From the NCBI GenBank assembly GCA_963726255.1, contig CAVSBL010000002.1, positions 960,001 to 1,024,000 on the forward strand: a stretch of 64,000 nucleotides of DNA. Direction: 5' to 3'. The position numbers and the translations under genes were made by a program. The stretch comes from Candidatus Bathyarchaeota archaeon (GTDB lineage Archaea; Thermoproteota; Bathyarchaeia; 40CM-2-53-6). Within the stretch, counting starts at the first letter, position 1. Each line of letters opens with the position of its first letter. This document shows positions 38,908 to 49,409 of the stretch, piece by piece. The notes below the pieces were generated by a model. The model did no database searches and was not told the DNA's origin. It was given only the letters and a program-made list of their open reading frames with translations.

Positions 38908-41514
38908 TTACTTTCTACGCCGTCTCAGAATCGCTAATGCCGCAATGCCGAGAATCATGCCAGCAATTATGGACTCCCAGGGGAAGCCTGGTATTGGTGG
39001 CAAAGCCAGTGGCGTCGAAGCGGAGGACGAAATGGAAACTATGGTTTCTTGGGATGTGGTCGAAGGTGTGCTGGTCTCCGTACTAGTCACCGCAGAGCTG
39101 GCCGCGGTTGTTGAAGAGGTAGCCGTGCTGGATGTGACAAGACTCGTCGAACTCACCGTTGACGTGCTCGAACTTGCGACTGTACTCGTTGCGCCCGCAC
39201 TTGTTGTACTAGGAGCCGTCGTACTCGGAGTCGTTGTGACTCCACCGCCGCCCGAGGTTGGTATATTCAACGGGTCAAGGTGAATTATGCCTGCCAAGGT
39301 CGAGGAGACAGGGGTACCGGTTGCATCGTATATCGGATCGCCTACTGCAAAGCCGTCTTCGGGTCCCGTCAAGAAAACCGACCGGAGCGTGAGCCCTGTA
39401 GGAGTCAACCCACCTTCGATCGGAGGATTAGGAGTTCCCAAAGGAGTGTTAGTCCATCCTCCACCGTCCCAATGGGCAAACAGGACGTTCGGTGGCGAGC
39501 CGGATCCGTCATCGCCGACGGCCCATCCATCACCATTGCCGGACCCAGTGCCAAACGTATCGACGTAGACGGATCTGAGGTTTGCAGTGTTCGGCGTTAC
39601 TTGGCTTGCGCCGCCTGACCAGCTAGACCCATCAGTCGTAATTGCCACGGTAGCCGAAGCTCCCACCACGACACCGTGAGTTGAGTCTTTGAAGTAAACA
39701 CCGTACAGATTTTGGCCGCCCGAAATCACTGGGATTGGGTTCAAAATCCAAGTTGGCACACCAAGGGTGATTGTTAGCTTAATGACAGTTCCACCATTGC
39801 CCACGGCCCACCCTGCACCCGTGCTGGATCCGGGATTGTTTATGAAAACACTGTTCAAGTCGTTTGTTGTGGGGCTCATAATCGGCGTCCAAGCACCCGA
39901 CTGATAGCGCCATATGTGTCCGCCGGTGCCCACCGCCCAGCCGTCGCCGCCCGTACCGCCACTTAACATGAATACTGACGTCGGCTCACAAGGCAACGAG
40001 CCTCCGCAGCCTGTTATTGGTTGTCCGTTCCAACTATTTCCATTCCATTTCAATGCCTCAGGCGTGGTCGGGTTTCCGCCCAATGCCCACCCCTCGCCTG
40101 AACTCAACATGAAGATGCTCATCACGTCAGCTGACGACACTGCTGCAGGTGCAGCGTTTGCCCGGTGCCATTTGACGCCATCCCAATGGATTAACGAAAT
40201 GCTGCTATCGGCAGTGCTATAGTTTCCTCCCGCCCACGCATCATTCGATCCGACCTCAAAGACTGAGTTGAGGCGTGGCGAGAGCACAATGCTCGTGCTA
40301 CCGCCCCAGCAAGGCGCCGGGACAATTGAACCACAATTCGTATTGCCAGTTTGAATTATGACCCCTTGCGTGCCAACGGCCCAGCCGTTACCACCTGAGG
40401 GGAAACTAGCCCCGAAGAGATCGGTTCCAAAACCCGTGCCAGTATATAGTGGTGGATTTAGGGGTGTCCAAATGTTCGACGACCCAATGGTAGTCGAGTG
40501 AAGAATAGTACTGTGTATTCCCACTATCCAACCCTCGCTTGTGCTGGTGAGGAATATCCCCTCGAGATCAGTACTGGTCGGAGCAGGGCTGGGAACGCCG
40601 GCCCAGAAACCTGTTGTGAAATGCCAAATCTGACCGCCCCGCCCCACAGCCCACGCGTCTATTGGGTTTCCTTGATCTACGAAAATTCCCAAGAGATCAT
40701 TCGCGATTGGGTTGATTTTCGCCGCTGTCCAAGTACCTCCGTTTAATCGGGCAACTACACCTCCGTTACCCGCTGCAAACCCTTCGAGGTTGCCCGCCGC
40801 GTCTTGGAACATGTAGACGCTGTTGTACTGGGATGTAGTTGTCCCCGTCACTGGTTGTTCCGTCCAACCTGCACCCCCTTTCGGGTTTCCACTGAATTGA
40901 AAGATAGCTCCAGCAGTCGTATTCTTGCCAACCGCAAAGGTGAGCCCTGATGGGAAAGATATGCCGCCTGGACAACCGGATCCGAATTGTGGAGAGTGAC
41001 AAACCATAAACACTGAGGTTAGATTTCTCGAGTTTGCAAGACCGAGGGAAATTTGAGTCGCAGCTATACCGTCATAATAAACAGAGATGCCTATCGTCGA
41101 ACCAGAATCGGTCCCAACGAACCACCCATCTGATCCGTCACCGTTCGCGCTGCACAGCCCGACTCCTGGAGCTCCTGGATTAGTACAGAAGTTCACAGAG
41201 TTGTATAGGCCAGATGGAAAGGTCTGCATCACCCAAGAGAAACCGTCGTATCGTGCAACGAGCGGGGCAGGCGCGGTAGTTGAGTTTCCTCCGACCGCCC
41301 ATCCATCTCCCGCACCAATCGAACCAGATCCCCCATTTCTAACATATACACTACGCAACGGCCCCCTTACATTCTCTGAGTAGTGAGTGGGGTTAATGTC
41401 ACGCCAATCGCCAGAGGTTATCAGTCCCTGGCCCGGCAGTATGTTAACAGCGAACAGAATTAGCACGAGGCTTATGGCGACTAAACCGAACCTGTAGGTC
41501 CTCATGTGCGTCAT
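38908..41514 (-). CDS. Secreted beta-propeller repeat protein with Ser/Thr linker and PGF-CTERM-like tail
   Basis: Repeated L.SVF...(D/E)GWAVG units; S/T-rich stalk; IPGFPWES-TM-RRRRK. Confidence 0.8.
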   Translation of the reverse strand: MTHMRTYRFGLVAISLVLILFAVNILPGQGLITSGDWRDINPTHYSENVRGPLRSVYVRNGGSGSIGAGDGWAVGGNSTTAPAPLVARYDGFSWVMQTFPSGLYNSVNFCTNPGAPGVGLCSANGDGSDGWFVGTDSGSTIGISVYYDGIAATQISLGLANSRNLTSVFMVCHSPQFGSGCPGGISFPSGLTFAVGKNTTAGAIFQFSGNPKGGAGWTEQPVTGTTTSQYNSVYMFQDAAGNLEGFAAGNGGVVARLNGGTWTAAKINPIANDLLGIFVDQGNPIDAWAVGRGGQIWHFTTGFWAGVPSPAPTSTDLEGIFLTSTSEGWIVGIHSTILHSTTIGSSNIWTPLNPPLYTGTGFGTDLFGASFPSGGNGWAVGTQGVIIQTGNTNCGSIVPAPCWGGSTSIVLSPRLNSVFEVGSNDAWAGGNYSTADSSISLIHWDGVKWHRANAAPAAVSSADVMSIFMLSSGEGWALGGNPTTPEALKWNGNSWNGQPITGCGGSLPCEPTSVFMLSGGTGGDGWAVGTGGHIWRYQSGAWTPIMSPTTNDLNSVFINNPGSSTGAGWAVGNGGTVIKLTITLGVPTWILNPIPVISGGQNLYGVYFKDSTHGVVVGASATVAITTDGSSWSGGASQVTPNTANLRSVYVDTFGTGSGNGDGWAVGDDGSGSPPNVLFAHWDGGGWTNTPLGTPNPPIEGGLTPTGLTLRSVFLTGPEDGFAVGDPIYDATGTPVSSTLAGIIHLDPLNIPTSGGGGVTTTPSTTAPSTTSAGATSTVASSSTSTVSSTSLVTSSTATSSTTAASSAVTSTETSTPSTTSQETIVSISSSASTPLALPPIPGFPWESIIAGMILGIAALAILRRRRK

Positions 41515-41737
41515 TTTACATCACGAACCGAACCATATATAAGCGTTGCTTAGTGGCACACATCTACACTTCATTCTTGCTCAAACTCTGTGATATATTT
41601 CCTGACAGCCTCACGGATTACAAACGACCTGGAAGGCACCTTGTCTCCCTCGACCATCTCGTCAATCGTGTCCAGCAATTGGATGGGGAGTGTGGCGGTT
41701 ATGTTCGCCATTCTGTTCGATTTCTTACCTCTCATTG

Positions 41738-44494
41738 CTATGGCCTTCTTGGAACTGGGTACATTACTGCAGGCCTTGTCCCCGGCCTTGGCGGTCTCCG
41801 ACCTAACAAAAGTAGAAGCACTACTAAGATGACCACGAGTGCCACACCGATCCCTAGAATTATCGGAATCAAGGAGCCACTAGGGGTAGGCAAAGTGAGT
41901 ACAATAGTTTGGCCGTTGCTGACGACATTAATGCTGGGACTTGCAGAATCTGAACCCTTACTGATGCTAACAACATATGATCCGAGTGGAACTGTAAAGG
42001 TAACTGTGCCCTGCGAGTCCGTTACGCCCTGTAATCCGAGTGATGCGATGGTGACGTTTGCTCCTTGAACAGGGTTTCCTGAAGTATCTACCACCTTGAT
42101 TGTAACTTGGACATTACCGGGAACTGTGACTATGGAAGTGGTGACGCTTGTAGTAGACGCGATCGTAGACGTTGACAGTGTCGACACTTGTGTGACCGTC
42201 GTAGTCTGAGTGAAGATTCCGCCAAACGGCGCGAATCTCAAGATTGTGGACAAGGGTTGCTTGAAGCCAGGCCCGCTGTAATACGCTGCACTCTTGAAGT
42301 CCGGCGAACCCCCAACTATCCAACCGTCAGTCTCGGAGGTCATATAGACTGATGTTAGGATTGGCGGGATTTCTCCAAGCAACGATGGTGAGAGTGTGAC
42401 GAAGTTCCATGCGAAGCCATCCCAATGGAGAATCGTTGCGACCAATTTGCCCGGGTATCCCACCGCCCAACCATCAGTTGGCGACGTGAAGTAGACTGAT
42501 TTCAACAGGCCGCTTGTGTGGCCGGTTGGGGTGATCCCTCCTGGAATTGAGGGTGTCGCAACTGGAGACCATTTGGTTCCATCCCAGTAGATGATTACAG
42601 GACCGTCGGTGATCGAAGGCACCGAAATGCCTCCGACTGCCCAGCCACTAGTTGGGCTAAGCATGAAGATTGACGTCAGATTAGCGTCAACGGATAGGCC
42701 CGGAGTCCCGCTCACTGTCACAACGTTCCATGTTCCGACGCCCCCCGTCACCGTGTAGTGCAATATGGTGGCATTGTTACCTACAGCCCAGCCTTCGTTC
42801 TGGTTGAGCATGAACACCGAGTTTAAACCCGGTATGGGGGTAGATGGCGGACTAGACGGTGATGGGAAAATAGCCCATGTTGCGACACCACCAGTTACAG
42901 TGTAGTGCAGGATAATACCAGAAGGAGTAGGGGTCGAACTCTGGCCGACAGCCCATCCCTCATTTGAACTAATCATGAAGACCGAATTGAGTGAGTAAGA
43001 GCCTGGTGGCGGGGTGATCGTGTTCCAGGACCCACCAGTGAAATGCAGTATTACAGGGCACGGGGCGGCTGAACACGTGGCAGTTAAGTGATCCCCGCCG
43101 CCGACCGTCCAAACATCGCCGGTGTTAACCATGAATACTGAATTCAAATTGTTCAGTGTGCCTATCGCCACGCCTTTAGTCCAAACGAATCCGTTCCAAT
43201 GGTAGATCGTTGGTTCGAATGTGGGCATGACTGAGGAGTTGCCGACCGCCCATCCATCGTTCGGGTTTACCGGCCCTGTCAACGGTGGGCCGAATGAAAC
43301 CGATGTGAAGTTGTTGATTGTCGGGCTCGTTACAGTTCCATAATTGGTTCCGTCGAAATGCAGAATGACGCCATCGGTGCCCACGCTCCAGCCATCAGCT
43401 GCACCGTTAAAGTAACCTGAGTTGAAGTTCAATGACGCGACCGGCGATGTTGGCACGAGGTTTGATGGCAACGCAGTCCAAGTACCACCGGTATAGTGAA
43501 GGATAGCTCCACTCTTGCCGAAGGCCCATCCCTCGGCCGAGGAAACCATGAAAACCGAGAACAGGTTGCTAGCGGTTGTTCCCGGGCTGACCGGACCCGT
43601 CCATATGCCAGTGCTGTAGTGAACTATGACACCCCCATCTCCGACACCCCAACCTTCCGTCGGGCTCAACATGAACACCGATCTTAGCGTGCTCGTAACG
43701 GGTGAAGTGACAGGTGACCAAGCACCACCGAAATAATGATAGATTACTCCTCCAGACCCTACAGCCCAACCTTCGGTCGAACTGACCATGAAGACAGAGT
43801 AGAAGACAATATTCTTGACTGGTGCCTGAGGCAGATTCCAACCACCGCCCAAACCGGGCACGCCGGTCCAATGCCAGAACACTCCACAAGCCGTGCCGCC
43901 GCATGGAGAACCGTTCTGCGTCTGTCCAACTGCCCACACATCTGTGGAACTCACCATGAAAGCGGACCACAATTGGCCAGCATTCACACCATTCAAACCT
44001 GCGTTCTGTACACGCCAACTAGTACCGTCCCAATGAATCGCCACAGAAGCGTTCGCATTCGGAAACAGAATTGGCGGAGTGAAGGGAAATGTGTCGTTGA
44101 ATCCGACGGCCCAACCGTCGTTCTTACTGATTGGGTTGTTGGGTGGACCGAAGGTTACGGAGGTCAAATTGTAGGCATTTTGCTTGCTCGGGAAACTCAG
44201 AAACTTAGGCGCAGGAACCAGATTCCAGGTTGAGCCGTCATAATGAAATATTGCTGGGAGAGCCGTCACAGTATCGTTGGACGGAAGAGAGTCTCCAACA
44301 GCCCAGCCTTCAGTGGGGGATAGCATGTAGAGCGAATTTAGTTGCGGGTTTGCGGGTGGGCTGATGTATGCGTCTGGGTTGATGTCCCTCCAGACTCCCA
44401 TCTGTGCAGTTGCAGGAACAGCCGATACCGCTAGGAACAACATTGAAAACGCAATAATTCCGATTGATAACTTCGTCTTTCGCATCGGGGACAA
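41738..44494 (-). CDS. Secreted beta-propeller repeat protein (paralog) with Ig-like domain and TM anchor
   Basis: Repeated SVFM.S..EGWAVG..G.ILHY.G..W units; KVVDTSGNPVQGANV; TM-RR. Confidence 0.8.
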   Translation of the reverse strand: MSPMRKTKLSIGIIAFSMLFLAVSAVPATAQMGVWRDINPDAYISPPANPQLNSLYMLSPTEGWAVGDSLPSNDTVTALPAIFHYDGSTWNLVPAPKFLSFPSKQNAYNLTSVTFGPPNNPISKNDGWAVGFNDTFPFTPPILFPNANASVAIHWDGTSWRVQNAGLNGVNAGQLWSAFMVSSTDVWAVGQTQNGSPCGGTACGVFWHWTGVPGLGGGWNLPQAPVKNIVFYSVFMVSSTEGWAVGSGGVIYHYFGGAWSPVTSPVTSTLRSVFMLSPTEGWGVGDGGVIVHYSTGIWTGPVSPGTTASNLFSVFMVSSAEGWAFGKSGAILHYTGGTWTALPSNLVPTSPVASLNFNSGYFNGAADGWSVGTDGVILHFDGTNYGTVTSPTINNFTSVSFGPPLTGPVNPNDGWAVGNSSVMPTFEPTIYHWNGFVWTKGVAIGTLNNLNSVFMVNTGDVWTVGGGDHLTATCSAAPCPVILHFTGGSWNTITPPPGSYSLNSVFMISSNEGWAVGQSSTPTPSGIILHYTVTGGVATWAIFPSPSSPPSTPIPGLNSVFMLNQNEGWAVGNNATILHYTVTGGVGTWNVVTVSGTPGLSVDANLTSIFMLSPTSGWAVGGISVPSITDGPVIIYWDGTKWSPVATPSIPGGITPTGHTSGLLKSVYFTSPTDGWAVGYPGKLVATILHWDGFAWNFVTLSPSLLGEIPPILTSVYMTSETDGWIVGGSPDFKSAAYYSGPGFKQPLSTILRFAPFGGIFTQTTTVTQVSTLSTSTIASTTSVTTSIVTVPGNVQVTIKVVDTSGNPVQGANVTIASLGLQGVTDSQGTVTFTVPLGSYVVSISKGSDSASPSINVVSNGQTIVLTLPTPSGSLIPIILGIGVALVVILVVLLLLLGRRPPRPGTRPAVMYPVPRRP

Positions 44495-44766
44495 CCACTA
44501 TTCTTGATACCGGTAGCCGTGCGGGCGGATGCTTACATAACATTAAGTATGCATTACGTGTCAAAACTCGCATCGCAATTTTCCCCTTTCTTATCGCAAA
44601 AATGACTCGATTATTCGCAGAGCGCGCTCCTGGAACACCCGATAGGCAAGGCACTAGAAGATGGCTTGTGCGTGGAAATTGACTCAGTTGTGGCAATAAT
44701 CCACGACGCGTGCAACCTTAATTCGCTCATTTACGAACTTACCTTATTGCGGGGAAGCCTAACCAT

Positions 44767-45084
44767 ATGACTTGGAAAGGGCTGAAAATCCTGAAAATTC
44801 ACATCAAGCTTTACGGGGTCTTCAGAACCGCTGCGAGGACCAGTGAAATCGACTTCAATGTCAGTGGCACAACCCCAACTGTTAGATCACTAATATCACA
44901 ACTCGTGGCCGGGAATGAATACGCAGACTTGAAACGACTATTATTGGAGACCGCGTCGGACGACCCCAGGCCAAATGCACTGATCATGGTCTCGGGAAGG
45001 GAGATTAACTCCTTGGATGGACTGGAAACCTCACTTTCCGAAAATGACGAACTGGGGCTGCTCCCCGTGGCACACGGCGGCTGA
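44767..45084 (+). CDS. MoaD/ThiS/SAMP ubiquitin-like sulfur carrier
   Basis: C-terminal LLPVAHGG; beta-grasp pattern. Confidence 0.9.
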   Translation: MTWKGLKILKIHIKLYGVFRTAARTSEIDFNVSGTTPTVRSLISQLVAGNEYADLKRLLLETASDDPRPNALIMVSGREINSLDGLETSLSENDELGLLPVAHGG

Positions 45085-45110
45085 GGAGCCACGGAACGAA
45101 AGCGACCGCC

Positions 45111-46007
45111 TCATTTCGACTTAGGTTCTATTTGGGGGATTAACGTTTCATTCATGCTTCCAGTCCTGTACCCGAACAAGTCGAAGGAAACATACTTGAA
45201 ACCGAGCTCTCGCAAAGCCTTCCCGATTGTGTCAAGCAATTCCTCATTAAATAACAGATTCCGCTCATCTTTCCCAACCTCAATTCTCGCCAAGTCTCCG
45301 TGATCTCGAACACGTAACTCCTTCACATTGGTCACGGAACGAATGAAGCTCTCGGATTTCTCCACGCGCATGAGCCTCTCCGGCGATATTGTTTGACCAT
45401 ACTGGATCCTTGATGAAAGGCAAGGCATCGAGGGTTTATCGAAATTAGGCAAACCCAGCACTCTCGACAACTCTCTGACTTCAGGTTTGCTCATACCTAC
45501 CTCCGAAAGCGGCCTCCTTACGCCTTCCTCTGTTAGGGCTGCTGCGCCCGGCCGGTGTCCGAACATGTCGTCCGCGTTGGTCCCATCCACAATAGTGGTC
45601 GCGCCGAGGTCCGCGGCCAGCTGCTTCAGTTTCCCGCTCAACTCCTTCTTGCAAAAGTAGCATCGGTTAGCTGGATTGGAAACATATCTCGGGTCATCAA
45701 GCTCCTCGGTCCGGATCACCATGTGAGTTATCCCAATTTCCTTTGCAAGCCTTCTCGCATCTTCCATCTCGGTTTGGGGAACGCTTGGAGAGTTCGCGGT
45801 CACGGCGATCGCATTATCACCAACTGCAAGTTTCGCTAGGTAAGCAACGAGCGTGCTGTCTATCCCCCCTGAAAAAGCGACAAGGATCTTGCCAAAGCCT
45901 CTAAGCATCTTCACTGCTTCCTCCATCTTCGCGCGAAGGACAGAAGACATTTCCGGAAGAAGCCCGTCGATTTGTTCCGATCCGTCAGGACCCTTTGCTG
46001 TTAACAT
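45111..46007 (-). CDS. larE: ATP-dependent sulfur transferase LarE
   Basis: AFSGGIDS PP-loop, RCYFCK, DGTNADD...RPG, PCLSSR, LRVRDHG. Confidence 0.93.
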   Translation of the reverse strand: MLTAKGPDGSEQIDGLLPEMSSVLRAKMEEAVKMLRGFGKILVAFSGGIDSTLVAYLAKLAVGDNAIAVTANSPSVPQTEMEDARRLAKEIGITHMVIRTEELDDPRYVSNPANRCYFCKKELSGKLKQLAADLGATTIVDGTNADDMFGHRPGAAALTEEGVRRPLSEVGMSKPEVRELSRVLGLPNFDKPSMPCLSSRIQYGQTISPERLMRVEKSESFIRSVTNVKELRVRDHGDLARIEVGKDERNLLFNEELLDTIGKALRELGFKYVSFDLFGYRTGSMNETLIPQIEPKSK

Positions 46008-46064
46008 TTTATGCTACGTCTCATAGCTCATTGTACTTAGGCGTTTCCACGCTGGTGAAATTTC

Positions 46065-46853
46065 TTGCGAGACATTCTTGAGAAACTGCGTAGAGGCGAG
46101 ATTTCTGTAGACGACGCGGAAAGGGCGTTGAAAATCAATGCCATTGAGAATGTAGCGAACATAGCCCGTCTGGATGTTGGAAGGGCTGTCCGGCGCGGGG
46201 TCCCAGAGATAATATTCGCTGAAGGAAAATCAACTGAGGACCTCATTCGGATTTGCAGCCGAATGATTGAGAACAGTGGCCGAGCAGTCGTTAGTCGTGT
46301 TAGCGAGGAGCAACTCATCAAGTTGAATGAGCACTTCACTGGCCATGAAATGAAAAAACTTCCTCACGCATCAACAATCGTCATCAGAGGTGTTGCTTAC
46401 AAAAAGACCGAGACCGGTGGTCGAGTTGGGATCATAACTGCCGGAACGGTTGACCTTCCTGTCGCTGAAGAGGCAGCCATGATTGCGGAAGAAATGGGCT
46501 GCGAAATTTTCCTGGAGGCGGACGCAGGGGTCGCGGGCATCCACCGTTTGGTCGAACCGCTGACGGCTATGGTAAGGAAAAATATTGACTGCCTAATCGT
46601 CGTGGCGGGACGTGAAGGCGCGTTGCCAACAGTGGTTGCGGGGCTAGTTGACATGCCTATCATCGCTGTCCCTGCCTCTTCGGGATATGGCTATGGCGGG
46701 GGCGGGCAGGCAGCGTTGATGGCTATGCTTCAGGCGTGTTCTCTCGGCCTTTCGGTTGTGAATATTGATTCGGGGATCGCCGCTGGCGTGGTGGCCGCGC
46801 AGATCGCAAACCGGGTAGCAGCGGCTCGTAACAGGGCCGAACTTAAGCCTTGA
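46065..46853 (+). CDS. larB: Nickel-pincer cofactor biosynthesis protein LarB
   Basis: R..R.GVPEIIFAEGK, AGT.DLPVAEEA, DAGVAGIHRL, AGREGALP, GYG. Confidence 0.93.
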   Translation: MRDILEKLRRGEISVDDAERALKINAIENVANIARLDVGRAVRRGVPEIIFAEGKSTEDLIRICSRMIENSGRAVVSRVSEEQLIKLNEHFTGHEMKKLPHASTIVIRGVAYKKTETGGRVGIITAGTVDLPVAEEAAMIAEEMGCEIFLEADAGVAGIHRLVEPLTAMVRKNIDCLIVVAGREGALPTVVAGLVDMPIIAVPASSGYGYGGGGQAALMAMLQACSLGLSVVNIDSGIAAGVVAAQIANRVAAARNRAELKP

Positions 46854-47793
46854 CCGTCTTCAGGAGGCCGCAGGCGGCCTTCACGACTTCAACGGACTTC
46901 TGAAAGGCTGCTGATTCATCAGAGTTCAGCTTCAGTTCGATTACGCGCTCAACACCCTGTGCGCCCAGAACCGCTGGAACATCCACATAGACGTCCCTGA
47001 ACCCGTATTCGCCGTTCAGATGCGCCGTCAGACAGAGCACCATCTTCTTGTCCTTGATTACGGTCTCCACCATTCGTGCGATTCCATGTGCGGGTGCATA
47101 GATCGTCGCCCCCTTCAGGGCGATAACCTCAGCGGCAATCTTTCTGGTATGATCAATGGCACCATTCACCTCAGCGGGTGAGAGCAAGTCGGTTATCGGG
47201 ACGCCGTTCACAGTTGAGAACCTCGGTAAGGGGACCATGGAATCTCCGTGCTCACCAATGACAACGGCTTGTACAGAACTCGTCGAAACTCTCAACGCTT
47301 TGGCGATGAAATATTTGAAGCGCATAGTGTCGAGCATTCCGCTTTGGCCGAAAACTCGGGAGGGCTCGAATCCTGTGACCTTCCAAGCCAAGTAGGTCAT
47401 CACGTCAAGCGGGTTAGTAACCATCAAGACCAGCGTTTTAGGTGCGTATTCCAGAATCTTCTCGCTTACGCCTCGGATTATAGCCTCATTCTTTTCCTGT
47501 AGGTCGAGGCGGGTCATACCCGGTTTTCTTCCCAAGCCTCCGATGACAACGACAAGTTCTGAGCCCGCGATGTCTTTGTAATCGTTCGAACCAACAATAT
47601 CCACGTCAACACCCTGTTCCGCGGCCATCTGTCCTAGGTCGAGGGCTTCGCCTTGAGGAAGACCTTGGATGATGTCAATGAGTCTTAAGTCGCCGAGCTC
47701 TCTTTGGGCCACTTGCAGCGCGACGGCGCTTCCGAGTTTGCCAGTGCCAATAATTGAGATTAGCTTTCGTGCGGGCATTCCATTCGCCATCAT
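46843..47793 (-). CDS. mdh: LDH-like malate dehydrogenase
   Basis: IIGTGKLG, GEALDL, RKPGMTRLDL, VTNPLD, GEHGDSM. Confidence 0.93.
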   Translation of the reverse strand: MMANGMPARKLISIIGTGKLGSAVALQVAQRELGDLRLIDIIQGLPQGEALDLGQMAAEQGVDVDIVGSNDYKDIAGSELVVVIGGLGRKPGMTRLDLQEKNEAIIRGVSEKILEYAPKTLVLMVTNPLDVMTYLAWKVTGFEPSRVFGQSGMLDTMRFKYFIAKALRVSTSSVQAVVIGEHGDSMVPLPRFSTVNGVPITDLLSPAEVNGAIDHTRKIAAEVIALKGATIYAPAHGIARMVETVIKDKKMVLCLTAHLNGEYGFRDVYVDVPAVLGAQGVERVIELKLNSDESAAFQKSVEVVKAACGLLKTVKA

Positions 47794-47984
47794 ACTGCTA
47801 AGGCTTGTACCTGCTTATGGTTCCATCGTTTTTCGAGAGATTGCTTTTCAGGATTGCTACTTACTAATCAAAACTTACATACTTCGATGAGAGTTGTTGC
47901 AAATTTCAGGCTTGATTAGCAAAGGCTTTTATGGCCTTGCTATCCGCTAACACCAAGTCGATTCAGAAAGGGAGGGAATGTTCA

Positions 47985-48131
47985 TTGGCCGAAATGTTTT
48001 GTGTGAAATGTAAGGAGAAGAAGACTGTGCCCGACGATCAGACCACCATGGAAAAGACTGCGAAAGGCCGCAATATGATGCGTGCAACTTGCCCGACCTG
48101 CGGCACCAAAATGACGAAGTTCACGAAGTAG
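47985..48131 (+). CDS. DUF5679-type small basic zinc-ribbon protein
   Basis: MFCVKCKEKK...KGRNMMRATCPTCGTKMTKF; GGAGG upstream, T-rich tract downstream. Confidence 0.8.
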   Translation: MAEMFCVKCKEKKTVPDDQTTMEKTAKGRNMMRATCPTCGTKMTKFTK

Positions 48132-48165
48132 AATCCATCTTAGTACACGTCTGGAGCGGGTCGAC

Positions 48166-48199
48166 CAGTTTTCCCTACTCTTTTTATTCTTCCTACTTA
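48166..48199 (+). terminator. Pyrimidine/oligo-T archaeal terminator
   Basis: ttttccctactctttttattcttcctactt downstream of the stop. Confidence 0.45.
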
Positions 48200-48281
48200 C
48201 CGCCCTTTTCAAAACATACACTCGTCAGTAACCCTTAGAGCCTACACCAATCCACGTCCCATGTCTCACGAGGACTGAAGG

Positions 48282-49127
48282 TTGGAGATTAGCTCGTCAA
48301 ACCTGAGCTTTCGAATTTCAATGGTTAACCTCGACGAGCTGAAACCACACGAAGAAGTAATAGATCCTGCCGTCGGATCACTGGCGAATGATGTTCTAAG
48401 CGAGGGCTTACTTCGAGACCCATTGGTCGTCGACCAGGAAGACTATGTAATTCTGGATGGTATGCACCGGTTCAACTCGTTGAAGTTGCTGAAGTGCCGT
48501 TTCGTACCATGCTGCCTGGTTGACTACGACAACCCCCAAATCAAGGTAGGGGCCTGGTTCAGGCTATTCACCGTAGAAGAAACCGAGATCCTCGCGGAGA
48601 AATTGCTGAAAGAGGCCGGGTTGAACTACTCAAGGAATAGCATTGACTTGGCGAGGCCGAACTACAGCCCTCAAACAATCATCCTAACCCAAGGTAAGTC
48701 AGAATTCTCATTGCCAGAACCAACGGACCCAATTCAACGAGCCAGAACGGCCGTGAACTTAGAAAGAACCATGGTCAAGGCGGGCCACGCTGTGACATAC
48801 CTGTCAGAAACTCGTGCACTTCAAGAACTCCAGTCAAACGAAATGAACTTCATCATACCGGTACCCATTTTCACCAAGGAACAAATTCGCGAATTCGGCG
48901 TAGAGGGGCTGCTCCTGCCTCACAAAGTGACACGCCACGTGATGCCTTCTCGTCCACTCGGGATAGACATTCCATTACCTATGCTCACTGACCGCACAAT
49001 TTCACTTGATGAAGCGAACCGAAAACTTGGAGAACTACTCGCGCAAAGGCATATTGACCGAAAGCCTCCCGGTTCAGTGGTGGATGGGAGGCGGTACGAA
49101 GAGGAACTACTAATCTTCACGCCTTGA
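48282..49127 (+). CDS. ParB/Srx-fold protein, SerK/SbnI-like free serine kinase
   Basis: LKPHEE, PLVVD, ILDGMHR, LLPHKVTRH. Confidence 0.65.
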   Translation: MEISSSNLSFRISMVNLDELKPHEEVIDPAVGSLANDVLSEGLLRDPLVVDQEDYVILDGMHRFNSLKLLKCRFVPCCLVDYDNPQIKVGAWFRLFTVEETEILAEKLLKEAGLNYSRNSIDLARPNYSPQTIILTQGKSEFSLPEPTDPIQRARTAVNLERTMVKAGHAVTYLSETRALQELQSNEMNFIIPVPIFTKEQIREFGVEGLLLPHKVTRHVMPSRPLGIDIPLPMLTDRTISLDEANRKLGELLAQRHIDRKPPGSVVDGRRYEEELLIFTP

Positions 49128-49185
49128 CACCCGTTCAGGTTTATATTCCCCTGACTGTTCTTAGCGGCGAAAGAGCTGACGGGAA

Positions 49186-49383
49186 ATGCCAACCGAAATT
49201 TCTGACACAGAACAGTTCGTCAGGATTTCAGAGCGGGCCACGGAATGCCGCGTAAAACGGCTGAAGGATATTGTGAAACTGAAACTCCGAACCGCAAATC
49301 AGCTCTATACGATTAAGATTGACCCGGAACAAGCAGCCGTCTTACTGAAACAAATACGATGCGAAGTCATCGAAGCTCCCTAA
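49186..49383 (+). CDS. rpl38e: Ribosomal protein eL38
   Basis: MP.EI.D.EQF......A.ECRVKR....VKLKLRT...LYT. Confidence 0.88.
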   Translation: MPTEISDTEQFVRISERATECRVKRLKDIVKLKLRTANQLYTIKIDPEQAAVLLKQIRCEVIEAP

Positions 49384-49409
49384 GCTTTTTGTCGTAGCGA
49401 GGTTCGCCC

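Noticed and set aside
39030-39250. Repetitive-looking DNA
   Set aside because: It encodes the Ser/Thr-rich stalk and is not an independent repeat element.
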